From Camelus dromedarius (lineage: Eukaryota): a stretch of DNA of 64,000 nt. Positions 50,420 through 62,800 of this stretch are shown here, in pieces; positions within the stretch are counted from its first letter, which is position 1, and each line of letters begins with the position of its first letter. Below the pieces are notes generated by a model that was not told the origin of the DNA, searched no databases, and saw only the letters and a program-made list of their open reading frames with translations. The stretch is from contig NC_087436.1 of NCBI RefSeq assembly GCF_036321535.1, positions 109,308,001 to 109,372,000 on the forward strand, in the 5' to 3' direction. Position numbers and translations under genes: made by a program.

Positions 50420-52920
50420 TTTACTGGGCATCACTTTGAATTCATGGTCACTAACCTCAAGTGACCCTCCTACATGCCCTTACTCTGTTCAGTCTCTCAC
50501 TTTTCCAGATGATTCTTTCACATCTTCCAGTCTCTCTTCAACCCCCAACAATTCCCCCTCATTTCTCACTTTAAGATGATGTTGATCTTGTTTCAATTAC
50601 ACTGAAAAAAATACTCAGAACTTCCATGCAACCCTCAAAACACAGCTCCTTAACTTCCAGCTCGGTCCATATAATCTGCCGTCTCTGTTTTTACACTGGA
50701 AGAACTACTTCCCAGGAAGGCCAAGTCCCCCACTTGTGCTCGAGATACCATCCTCTTCTCACCTGCTCAAGAATAAAGCTCCAGTAAGCCCCCTCTCTTC
50801 GCAGTATTATCAATTTTTTCCCCTTTTACCTGGATTGTTGCCACCAGCATACAAACATGCTGTAATTTCTCTTATCTAAACAAACAAAAACAAACTAAAA
50901 AAAAAACAAAACAAAAACTTGTTTGACCTCACGTCACCTTCCAGCTGTGCCCCTTTAAAGAAAAACTCTGTGAAACGTTAGACCATGTTTGCTGTCCTAA
51001 GTTCCTCTCCTCACATTTTCTCTTGAACACGCTTCAGTGAGGCTTTTTGCCCATGACTCTCCCAAAAGTGCTCAGTCAAGTTCACCTCTGACCATTCATT
51101 GCCAAATCCAGTGGTGAGTTCTCAGTCCTCATTTTAGCCCGACTTTCAGCAGCATTGTGTTGGTCAGAGCTGACCATGCCTTCCTAGTAGAAGCACCTTT
51201 GTTTCAGTGCTTCCAGAGAACTCTGCTCTCCTACTTTTCCTTTGGTTCTTTTGGCAGCTCAATCTCAGTATGCCTTGCTGTATTTTCTTGTACCCCTGAC
51301 CTCTAAACCAGTGGTCTTCAAACTTTCTGTGTATCTCTTTGCTCATTCCTTTTTTTAAAAAAATTGGCATCTAAATATTCATTTTAAGGCTGGTTACAGC
51401 CTTGCAAAAGTTGTAAGTGACAATCTAGTTTAAATAGAGTCACATTGCATAAAACTAAGACCTCAAACTTATAAATGCATCCAGTGAAATACTACTACTA
51501 CTGCAATTTGATACATACCTTTATCTATTTTAAAGCACATGAACGTGGCTTTCTTTAGCAGTAGGACATTACAAACCATTCTCTCTTCTCCTCAGGCTAT
51601 TATTTTCTTTTCAGTCCCATCACAGGATTTTACCCTACCATAATTTTAAGCCATTTTATTGTGAATTACACCTTTAGAAACATTCACAAAACAAAGACGT
51701 ACAGCTCAATATTTTATCACAATGCAGACTCATGTAATAACCATCCAGGAAACAAAATTGAGCACTTACACAACATAGAAACCCCTATCCCACCACAATC
51801 AGGGACATTTCCTTCCTCTCCAGTATAATCACTAGCATTTCTTAATGCTTTTAGGAGCTTTCTTTCTTATTAGCTCATGTATCCATCAGTGAATGTTACA
51901 TATTATTACTCTGCTTCAAGTCTAGTCCTCTTTTCAATTGTTATATGTGTGCTCCCTGGGGAATATCATTCACACGGTTGGAAATAGGAGAGGTTTCCTT
52001 AAAAAAATGTCACTTGGTTCTTCAATTGCCTTTCCAACTCTATGCTTCCAAATGAAATGATCCATCAGCGCAAATCACTTTTAATAATATTTTAGGTAAT
52101 AACTGTATTAGCACCCCCTCCAATTTCATGGCAATAGAAAAACTGGAAACCATCTGATGTGTATAAAAATTTGTTGTCAGTCGTTTGAGTCCCTTTAGAC
52201 ACTAATACTTGCGAATTTCACCTTGTTGGGAGTCCGAAGGTATTAACACCTGGGACAATGCAGCATAGAAAGATTCCTAATGTACGAAAAGCATATCATT
52301 TATGAAGTGCATAAAGGTAAAGTATTTTGAAGGGACAGATGGGAAATATAAACACATAGAATACTCAACTGAAGCATCCTCACCCCCGCTGCAAGCCCTA
52401 CCCTCCTTTAGTCTCGTCTCTGTGTGAGTTACTCAGTCAAGTTACTCTTTGTGAGTCCATCATTCAAGTTACTCAGGCTCAATATTCTTTGCTCTTCCTT
52501 GAACCCCCCAGGAATGTTCCTGCCCCTGGTTCTTTGTATTTGTTTCCTGGGTATAGAATCTTCTTCCCCTGGAGAACTTACTGTCCTGTTTTTTCACTTC
52601 TTTCAAGTGTTTGCTCAAATGTCATTTTATTTCTGATGTTTCCTTTAATTCTTTTCAGTACTGCAAGCCTCTTCTCACCTGCCTCCTGCACAGTCTCCCC
52701 TCTCGGCTTTATTTTTCTCTAGAGCGCTTATTATCTGACACCTCACAAATTTCACTTATTAGTTTATTGCATATTTCTTCCCATTGGAATTAAGCCTTAT
52801 GGAAGCTGGGCTTCTGGGTTTTAAAAACAATTTTATTCTATATTCTCAGCACCTAGAAGAGGGTGCCTTGGATATGGAAGCCACACAGTAAGTATTTACT
52901 GAGTTGAAGAATGAATAAAT
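50420..52920 (+). mobile_element. L2 remnant interrupted from ~51309 by hAT-Charlie-like and other old fragments
   Basis: L2 internal motifs (ttgccaaatccagtggtgagttctcagtcctcatt) and 3' tail (cagcacctagaagagggtgcc...agtaagtatttactgagttgaagaatgaataaat); cagtggtcttcaaact after ctctaaac at 51301-51324 looks like a hAT terminus. Confidence 0.6.
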
Positions 52921-54847
52921 TAATCATGGGATCGAAGTCAACAAAATATCTCAAGCTCTCTGCAATATGCTTATGGGATGACTTGAAGGTCAAGCCAAGC
53001 ATGATGCTGATGAAAAGAATATGAGTAGTGAAACAGAAAAGGAACTTAAATTACAAGAACTACCTGTCAAAAAGAAAGACTGATATATAACAGCATAGAA
53101 AGAAATGGACATCAAATCCATGTGAGTTACTGCTGACTGAGAAAATGTAAATATTTATAGAAGAGTGGCAGCAGGGTTGGTACTACTGCCTACTTCCAAG
53201 GGAACAGCAGTGGGTCCAGAATACTGACAGTGAAAGTTCTTACACAATGACTTTAAAAACGCTCATTTTAAATAATATCTTATATTTAAGCAATCACATC
53301 AGAAAAGGTTCACTGTTTGCAATGTTGAAAAATAAATGTCTATTTTTTTTTCAAATTTCATGATCAATTCTGTTTTACTGAATATGATCAATGATGCAAA
53401 GTATTGTAGGAAAGAACGGAGTGCTGGAGACAGAATATCTATCCTTCCATTTGAAAAAGAACTAACATAAATTTATTCTGAAATTAGACTGTCTGAGCTT
53501 TTAGAGTAAGAGTCCTTTCAAAGGAATTGCCTTATCGCACTGCAAACATCCACTTTAGTCCTCATGTCAACTAAATTGGCATTTGAATATTGGATCAGTG
53601 AGGGAACTTGCTGTTTTTTACAATCTAGTGTTTTCTTCTGTGTGTGTCCTTTTTTGGTGCAGAGTTTGAAGCACTGGGATTTTTCTTTGTGTGTGTTTGG
53701 ATCATTGTGACAATCTTCTTTTATCTAGTTTCAGTGGTGCATTACAGGGCTTTGACTTAATAAAAGCTGAATTCTCTTCCCATTAGGATGCAGTCATAGA
53801 ATCAGTGTGTAAATGGTGACTCATTCCCATTAGTGGGGCAGGATTTCATAATTTTACAAAGATTTCCCTGGAAAATCACTCATGCTTTATTGTGTATATA
53901 TCCAATTGCTACGAAATTGGCATAGAGCATCTTTCCCCCAGGCTGTCTGGTAACTCTACAACTGCATTTTGGAAGTGCTCCATGCTGCTAAACATACAAG
54001 TACTTTATAGCATGTTCATCATCTTACTGACTATCTGAAAGGACAATAAATAGATTTACCTCCTTAAAACTGATTATCACAATGCTTTGCATGCAGTGGG
54101 TCCTCAAAGCACACTGCCTCACTTTCTATAACTATGGGAGCTAGAAATTTATTAACCTTTTCAGAAAATAAAATTTTCTTAGTTCTTAGTTAAGGTCAGA
54201 ATTTCAGACTATGAGCAGACAGATGGAACAGGTAATTCTAGGGTCCATGAGCCATTTATGGACCAAGTTAATCCTATGTATTAGGAGGAGTGATTTTTTT
54301 TTTTTTTTTTGCAGCACCAAAAAAAAAAAAAAAAAAAAAAAAACACTGAAAATATTATTGTGTAACCACTCTCAAAGTTTCCTGCTGAAAATTTACTCTG
54401 GCAAAATATGTTCTCATCTCTATTTAAAGGTAGGTATTCTAAGGATCTGACTTAGAAAAATCTACAGTTTTCTTCTTCACATAAAGATTCTTTTTGGAAG
54501 GTAACATTATAAGTAAAGTTAGATATAAAAAATACTTACTTAAAACTGTGTTTACTAAGCCAAAATGGCTTTGGTAAATTATGCTTAATTTTAGCTTAGG
54601 GAAAACTTACATAACATCCATGAAATTGGGTTAGCTTTTTTTGTTGAGAATTGCTTATCTTTATTATGAAGAAATTTAACAAATAACTATTCTACTTATC
54701 ATTAGACAAATAAATCAGTCTCACTACTGACCATCCAAACAGGAGAAATAGTTCATTTGCTAATCACCTTTTGCAATTGGTGGTCTTGTTGCTTTTTAAG
54801 GGTTCTCTGGAAATCACCGTTTTTTGTATCTACATAGTCCTACTTTT

Positions 54848-56049
54848 ATTTATTCATTCATTTATTTAATTGAAGTATAGTCAGTTTACAATGTTGTGTC
54901 AATTTCTGGTGTACAACATAATAATTCAGTCATACATATACATACACATATTTGTTTTCATATTTTTTTTCATTAATGGTTACTACAAGATACTGAATAG
55001 AGTTTCCTGCTCTATACAGTATAAACTTGTTGTTTATCAGTTTTATCCCTTCCCACCCACTTTCCACCCTGGTAACCATAAGTTTGTTTTCTATGACTGT
55101 GAGTCTGTTTCTGTTTTGTAAATAAGTTCATTTGTGTCTCTATTTTAAAAAAAAAATCCACATTTTAAGTGATATCATATGGCATTTTTCTTTCTCTTAC
55201 TGGCTTACTTCACTCAGAATGACAATCTCCAGGTCCATCCATGTTGCTGCAAATGGTATTTATTCTTTTTAATGGCTGAGTAGTATTCCATTGTATAAAT
55301 ATACTACAACTTCTTTATCCAGTCATCTGTCCATGGACATTTAGGTTGTTTCCATGTCTTGGCTATTGTAAATAGTGCTGCTATGAATATTGGGGTGCAT
55401 GTGTCATTTTGAGTTGGAGTTTGCTCTGGATATTTACCCAGGAGAGGGATTACTGGATCATATGGTAAGTCTATTTTTAGTTTATTGAGGACTATCCATA
55501 CAGATTTCAGTAGGAAGGCTTTCAACTTTTCACTCTTGAGTATTATGTTGGCCATGTGTTTGTCATAAAGAGCTTTTATTATGTTGAGATTTCTTCCCTC
55601 TATACCCACTTTGGTAAGAGTTTTTATCATAAATGAGTGTTGAATTTTAGCAAATGCTTTTTCTGAATCTATTGAGATGATCATGTGATTTTTGTCCTTT
55701 CTTTTGTTGAAGTGATGTATCACATTGATTGATTTGTGCATGTTGATCCATCTTTGTATCTGGGTTGTATCCAAATTGATCATAGTGTATGGTCTTTTTT
55801 ATGTGTTGTTGGATTCTGTTTACTAATATTTTTGAGAATTTTTGCATCTATGTTCATCAATAATATTAGCCTGTAATTTTCTTTTTTGGTAGTGGTATCA
55901 GGGTGATGGTGGCTTCATAGAATGAGTTTGAGAATGTACCTTCCTCTTCAGTTTTTTGGAAGAATTTGAGTAAGATCAGTATAAGTTCTTTGTATGTTTG
56001 GTAGAATTCCCCAGTAAAGTCATCTGGTCCTGGACTTTTGTTTGTAGGG
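54848..56049 (-). mobile_element. 5'-truncated L1 with an internal ORF2 deletion and 17-bp TSD
   Basis: ORF2 remnants ([49 protein letters not shown]...WKQPKCP) plus 3' UTR; TSD tacat(a/g)gtcctactttt at 54831-54847 and 56050-56066; TT/AAAA target. Confidence 0.93.
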
Positions 56050-56299
56050 TACATGGTCCTACTTTTAAGCAGCACAACTTATTTCAACATATTGGATGAA
56101 AATTCATCTAGCCTTCTTGTAGGTGTGTATACAGTAGCAGTATCAAATAGAAAACAATTTTGCATATGTAAAAAATCTATCTCTACTTTGAAATATTTTT
56201 ATTAATTAAGTGGTTTGTTAAAAATCTAATATCATACAGAGATATTCATTGGGTTGAATTATCTTAGAATTTAAACAAAATTTTGAGATTAAGCATCAA

Positions 56300-58829
56300 A
56301 TTCTCATCCTGACAATATAGCAGATGAAGCATTAAAAAATATCCTCCAAATACAAAACATTTAACAGTAAATTGTTTAAAAAAGAAAAACTTAAAGATGC
56401 CTGGATGATCTGTTGAAAAACTAATTGAAAATCTGGGAAGGAGTGAAAGATAAGACATGAGGAAACAAAATGACCCCCAAATCAGACAGACCATTGATCC
56501 AGGTCAGTGAGTATTTGATTACTGAAACAGGCAGAATTTCTAAAACTTCAGTAAAAGAGTTATTTGGCTGGGGTTGGTGGAAAGGCACTCTTCAAAAATG
56601 AATGAAAAAAACCCCCCAAACTCACAAATGAGTGTCTTTGAGTTAGAGTGTGGTAGGGGCTGTTAAGAGTCTCCCTTGAGACTCTCCCGCAACGCATCTC
56701 TCTAGCCAGTTTAAGGGTCATACTATCACTACCCAGGTTGTGAACTGAATTTAAGGAGTTTTGGGTTTCATTCATGGAAGAATGCATGCCCAATCCTGTA
56801 TTCAAGGAATTATGACATACAGTTCCTCAAAAGTGAGCTTAAGATACAAACACAAAACACATACGCACATAAAGAAGCAAGGCACCATGAATGAGAGTCA
56901 GCAGAAACAATAAAAGGCACAATCAGATTCAGGAAAACTATTAGGATCATTATAGGTTATAGGATATATTCTACATAGAATTCGTTGGATAGGTTAAAAA
57001 TAGTCTGATAGAGCTGAAATTAAGACAAATGTGAAAAAAATTAATTCAGAGACAAACAGGGAGGCAAAAAGAAAAACTATTAAAAAGAGCTTTAGGGATT
57101 TGAAATACAGAGCTATGCACTCTAAGAAATGACTGATCAGATTTTCAGAAGATGAAAAAAATTATTATTTTACTATCATAAAAATAATAATACTTACTAA
57201 TATTACAAATGGTGTTAAACATACATTTACTATAGCCCAGGGAGAATTCTAACCCTACCATGTGGGCATTAATATTATTACTATTATTATTACTACTGCT
57301 TTGTATAGGTGGGGAAACTGGGATAGAAATTGACTAAATAACTTCCCAAGCTTCCCTAGCTAGTAAGTGGCAGAACCAAGATTCAAATCTAGGCAGTCTA
57401 ACAGCAGAGATTGTGCTTCTAATTATCAACATTTAAAAGATAATGACTATGGATCTTCTAAAAACTGACAAAAGGCAAAAGTCATAACTCTTTAGACTTG
57501 GAAATATATTTCCAAGCAGCATAAACAAAAACACATCACAATGAACTATTAAACACCAAAGATAGAAACATAGAACTTTGACAGAAGAGTGTGAAGAAAT
57601 AATACATTTAAAATATTGAGGATTAATAATCATTTATCTGGGACTAGATAGCCTTCAAAATAATGTTTCAAGAGCAGGGGCAAAAGAAGATATCTTCAGA
57701 CGAATAAAACTGAGTTACTGAAGAAATGGAGATGCTTCAGGAAGAAGAAAAATTATTCCAAAAGAAAGGCCTGATTAAAAAAAAAAGTTGATGATTAGAG
57801 GAAATTGTAAGCATGTTATGATAACACTTATATTGAAGGGATTAGAAAAAATAAAATCTGGAGTTAGTGTGTGTGTGCCTGTGTCTGTGTATGTGTGACT
57901 GATAAGAGTCTGAACAGACTAGTTCCTTTGAGCTGTTTAAAAAAAGAGTGAATACATTGATTTACATTAGTCTTTGTTAAGTACAATATGAAAGTTAAAA
58001 AAAATGAGTAGTGATTTAAAGAAGAGAAGAATTTGGAGTGTGTAACTTCCAAACTACTAAATGAAACAAGATAGGAAAAAAAAAAAAAAAAACACAATAG
58101 AAGAAAAAAATGGAGAAGAACAAAAAGGAGCCCAGCAAACAAGAAACAGTGCAGAAACTAAGAAGATAAAATTAAATCTGTTCATATCAATAATCACAAA
58201 AAAGTAAAGGGCAAAGATCACTCTGGAAGAATTTTATTAAACTTTCAATAGACTTTCAATAGAATTACCAGAAACTTACTGACCTTCTTCACTGTATCTT
58301 ATACAGCAAAATACTCTTTACAATATGCACATCTTTCACTATTGGTATAAATCTTCTAAGTATACGAATAGCTGTAAGAGAAAGAGACAAAATGATATAT
58401 TAGACGATATTAATGAGAGTAAGCTACTGTGGCTAAATAGTGATTAAAGGATCAGATCACCAGAAAAATACAATAATTCTAAACACATATTCTGAACATC
58501 ATAGCTTCAAAATTTATTAGAGTGAAAGTTTTTGCAATTAAAAAAAGAAATAGATGATGCATCCACAAAATTGGGTGTTTTAACATACTGCTATTAGTAT
58601 TGAATAGATCAAGTAGATAAAACAAGCAATAGATAAGCTTGATCTAGTGGATGTGCAGAGGATACACAAGGAAGTTTGATCCCATACAGAACAACTGGAA
58701 AATACTTATTCTTTTCAAGCTCACATGAATACTTAGATGAATCTGACCAATGTCATAAAGCCACAGGCCATAGAGCAAGTCTTAACACATTTCAGAGAAC
58801 CATTATCATTTAGACCACATTTTCTATTC

Positions 58830-58866
<37 letters not shown>

Positions 58867-59350
58867 CATATATATATATATCACAAATTAAAAGAAAACA
58901 TAAATTTCCTGTACATTCACTTCTGAAGCAAAGGTATAAACAAGCATTTTGCAGAAAATGTGAATTGTCAATATATGTAAGAAAGACTCAGTATCACTAA
59001 AATTATGAAATGCAAATGAAATCCCCAATGAGATGCCTTTTTAGTTCCAACAGATTGGCATTTAAAAACAATCTGACAATACCAGAGTTTGTGGGAATTA
59101 AGCCTTGACATATATGCTATAGGTGGGAGTATATATTGTTACAAGTATTTTGGAAACAAATTGGCATTGTGTTGTAAAGCGGATAGGCAAAATTTTCAAC
59201 TCTGTGATTCAACTCTTGAATATACACCCTTCAGAATTTCTTGCACGTGAGCACCAAGGGGACATGCATAAGAAGGCTGTCCACCACATTGTGATACACA
59301 AAAGCTAGAAACAACCCCTGTTACCTGTCAATAGGAAAATGGATAAATTA
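56300..59350 (+). mobile_element. Ancient, fragmented L1 (L1ME/HAL1-like), with an embedded MIR (~57190-57420) and a (TA)n tract (~58829-58881)
   Basis: A-rich strand bias with degraded endonuclease-region and ORF2 C-terminal motifs (ttcttttcaagctcacatgaa; aaaagctagaaacaaccc). Confidence 0.55.
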
Positions 59351-60289
59351 TAGCATCAGTATGAATGAATCTCACATTATTTTCAGAAAATAAAACAGTA
59401 ATCAAAAGTGCTTGGAATCTTTTTTTGTTTGTTTGTCTTCATGTTGGAGTGGTTGACTTTTTATTGATTTGCAAGTTTCCTTTGGTCATAGGATTCATTC
59501 AATTCCTTCTGGCTACTTTGCACCAGGGGATTCATTAATGAGAGGGTTTAAAACTTGTGTGGATGTCCACACAGATGTGGGGGTTCTCAGCCTCTCCAGG
59601 CTCTAACCAGGGAGCACACAGCAAGGTCTCCTCTCTCTGAGTTCACAGCCCCGTGGGAAGCTCTTCTCTGACTGCAGCATGGGGGACCTCCTCCCTCAGA
59701 ACCCCCCAGTGGCAGAATTCTCATCACACTGTGAACATTAAAGCCCCTGTCCCCCTGCCCAGCCCAAGAGAGTCTTTCCTCTCTGGTTTCCTAAAGACAT
59801 TAGCTTTGGACAAGCAGCAAAGAAAAAGCCCTCTTTCCTCTGTGTTTTAACCTGTTATATCCAATTATTTTGTTTACCCTGTTGTTGAAATGTGCCCCTA
59901 AAAACAGAGTGGAGGCTGGAAGTCTATTCTAAAGTGAAGAACTTGCCTGAGTGCGTTTGTGCGTGTCTGTGGAGGGGGAGTCATGCACGTGCCTTCCTTT
60001 TCTTCCTATGAAGTTGCTGACACTTTTGTCCGAGGGTCCAGCTTTGGGCCTCTAATAGTCAGTTTTCTGTGTCATTAGGCCTGTCCTCCTTTCTGTAGTT
60101 TTTGCCTTGGGGGTTTGAGTAAGCCTCTCTGAAAGAGTATATAATATATTTAAAATGCTCTCTTGTGTTGGGGATAAAAAAAATTAGGCCGGGAAAAAAA
60201 TAAGTCCTTGCACCCTGCAGATCTCTGCGGAATCTCCCTCGGACTCTTGCTTTGTGGTGGCTAAAGGTTCTAAGCACCGTCCATAAATG

Positions 60290-60729
60290 GCTGCTGTGGG
60301 GCTCGGCCCAGACTCTGGTTAGGACCGAAGTCTTCCAGCCCCAGCTGGTGGGTGCGTTGCCTGCTGAAGGCTCACAGCAGAGGCCTCCCTTAGGAATCGC
60401 CCTGCCCCAAAGTACCTGCTTCCCTGGCAGGTAGGCTCCTCTCCAAGGACGGCCAGTACCCAGTGTGTGGTCTGCGATTTCTGAAGGATCGTCCTGGCAT
60501 GAAAGCTTTCCATGGCAAAGGCTGAAACCTTCGCTACAGCCGCATTGAATTTCAACTGCTTCTTCTATCCAGCCCTGCTGGTCTCCTTGTCCTGCAACTC
60601 CTAGGGGAGGCCTCTGCTGTGAGCCTGCATCGGGCATTGCACCTTCCAGCTGGGGCTGGAGGACTTTGATCCTAGGGCAGGCAAATCCCTGCATCAGAAT
60701 GTGTTCCCCGGAACACCCTACCTAACACA
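60290..60729 (+). mobile_element. LTR16-like (ERVL) solo LTR carrying an internal inverted duplication
   Basis: ccccagctgg...gctgaaggctcacagc, tgaatttcaactgcttc and the 3' end gcaaatccctgcatcagaatgtgttccccggaacaccctacctaacaca resemble LTR16A as recalled. Confidence 0.6.
60320..60674. repeat. 81-bp inverted repeat (arms 60320-60400 and 60594-60674; 193-bp spacer)
   Basis: Ungapped manual alignment of the left arm to the reverse complement of the right arm gives 68/81 identities. Confidence 0.95.
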
Positions 60730-62579
60730 CTGTCTCTCTCATGGGCCACTACACCTTCAAAATCCACACTTCCAGACTCTTAGTTAAGATTGTAACCACC
60801 CTCAAGACCTAGTGAGATATTCTCGTATTTGAGTTTCCTTAGCGTTGCCTTATTTGGTTTTCACAACTCCATAGGGTAGGCACTATTATTATTCCCATTT
60901 CACAGATAAGCAAACAGAGACTTAAAGAGGATGAACTGTCCACGTTCACATTACTATATATACTATATATATTCCGGCTCGTCTTCTGATGAGAGATGAG
61001 GAAAGAGACAAGAAGGGCGGCCCCCAGGCATTCTTTCGTCAAATACCTGGAAAGGGCCACAAGATGCTGCATCTGATCATGTCTCGTCCACTACAAATAA
61101 AAGAATCCCAAGTAGGGGTCCTCATTACTCACGCAGAAAATTCTTGACTGGAAATCTTGTCTCTGAAGTAGAGATGGCTATGATGTTATGCCAGATTTTT
61201 TTTTTAATACTTCCTGCTGTTCTGCATCATTTTCTTGGACAGGGTAGTATGTGTCTGTCTTTCAGTCTGTCTCCATCTGTAATATACCCGTCAAAATTCC
61301 TTGACATTTGTGTCTGATGCTGTTCCTTCATTTCACTGCTGATTAAAGTGCCCTACCTTTCCAGTCTTCAGTCCTTTTGTTTGGCTCCTTGAGTGGGCAA
61401 CATAGGGTTTGAAGCTGGCATATAAGCTTTCATATTTTGTAAGTTACCTGGCTTTTGTTGTTTAATATTTTGCAAGTATTTTCTACTGTCATTAGCTACC
61501 ATTTGAAAATCCCTACTACTTGAAAATCAAATCCCTATACTAATTAATTAATCTCCCCCTATTGATGGACCAAGAGCTGTGAATTTCTTTTTTGCTATTT
61601 TAATAATGATATGGCATACATACTTAGATATATTTAATAAGTATTTCTTTAATTTTTAATTAGGTTAGGATCCTAGAAATGGGATTACTGCATCAAAAAT
61701 TATGAATCCTTTGACATCTTTGATAAGCAATGTTAGATTTCTTTTCCTAGTCTCTTTTTTTTCTTTTTGCCAGTTTAAATTTATTTCTGCTATCAATTAT
61801 GCAAACAACTTTGCTAGGAAAAATAGGTCAAGTTGATATATTCAAATGTTGTATTTTAGAATTTCTGTTCAGTGTTTGATTTTTCTTATTGTTATTTTAA
61901 GACTTTTCATATATCAAAAATATTTACCTTTTATGTACCATTCTTGTATCCAGTGTGTTTCCTGCTTTGCAGTTTGCATTTGGTGTGGGTTTTGATGAGA
62001 AGTTCTCTATCTGTTTTGTTTCATTGATCCAGATTCAGTTGCCGTTCACGACTGCACTTTTTGGGTCATTATAAGTCTTGAAGGCATTTTAATATCTGGG
62101 ATGTAAATTGCTAATCATCTTCTTAATCAAATTACTCACAACAATCCTTCACATTTTAAATTTCCAGATATGTTTCAAATTATTTTTACTGTCAGTTATA
62201 AAACAACCAAATTGGGATTTAAATGTGAATACAAATATGTACACTTTATCATTAATAAAATAAAAAGACATGGACACAATTCGTGCACCCATCAACAAGG
62301 AAATATTAATTAATTCAATGGGGGATACTATTAATACATGGAGGAATTTTTAAAAGTGGTTCACTTAGATTAATGAGTAAAAGGTATTTATAAGTCAGTG
62401 AAGAGACAATCTTATTAGAGTACGTGGCTTATACACGTAGAGAGACAGGAATCAGACAGGGAGGGTATTAATTATGGATTTCTTTGAAAGACAGAAAGGA
62501 AGTTCAGTCTGATTTGAAGATTATGGGAAACCATGATAGTCTTGGAACAAGCGACTGATTTGTTGAAATTAACATTTAA

Positions 62580-62800
62580 TAATGGTAAGAACTAGCGTTG
62601 ATTATGCCCTTGTTATATGCCGGGAGCTCTTTCAGCCCCTTTACAAGCCGTTCAACCCGTGCAAACACTCGACGCACTTACTGCTACTCTTATCCCACTC
62701 TACATGTGGCGAAACGGAGACACAGGGGGATCAAGTAACTTTCTCAAGGTTGCACAGCTAAAAAGGAGCAATATGGCTTCAGAGTTCACACTCTTCACTG
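62580..62800 (-). mobile_element. MIR SINE remnant
   Basis: cttatcccactctacatgtggcgaaacggagacacagggggatcaagtaactttctcaaggttgcacagcta. Confidence 0.75.

Noticed and set aside
55304..56075. Active reverse transcriptase gene
   Set aside because: Frameshifted, 5'-truncated L1 ORF2 remnant that lacks the catalytic RT core.
60059..60694. 211-aa minus-strand ORF and a similar plus-strand peptide (QPQL..GSQQRPPLG)
   Set aside because: The similarity comes from the DNA inverted repeat; the ORF crosses LTR-like sequence and has no recognisable domain.
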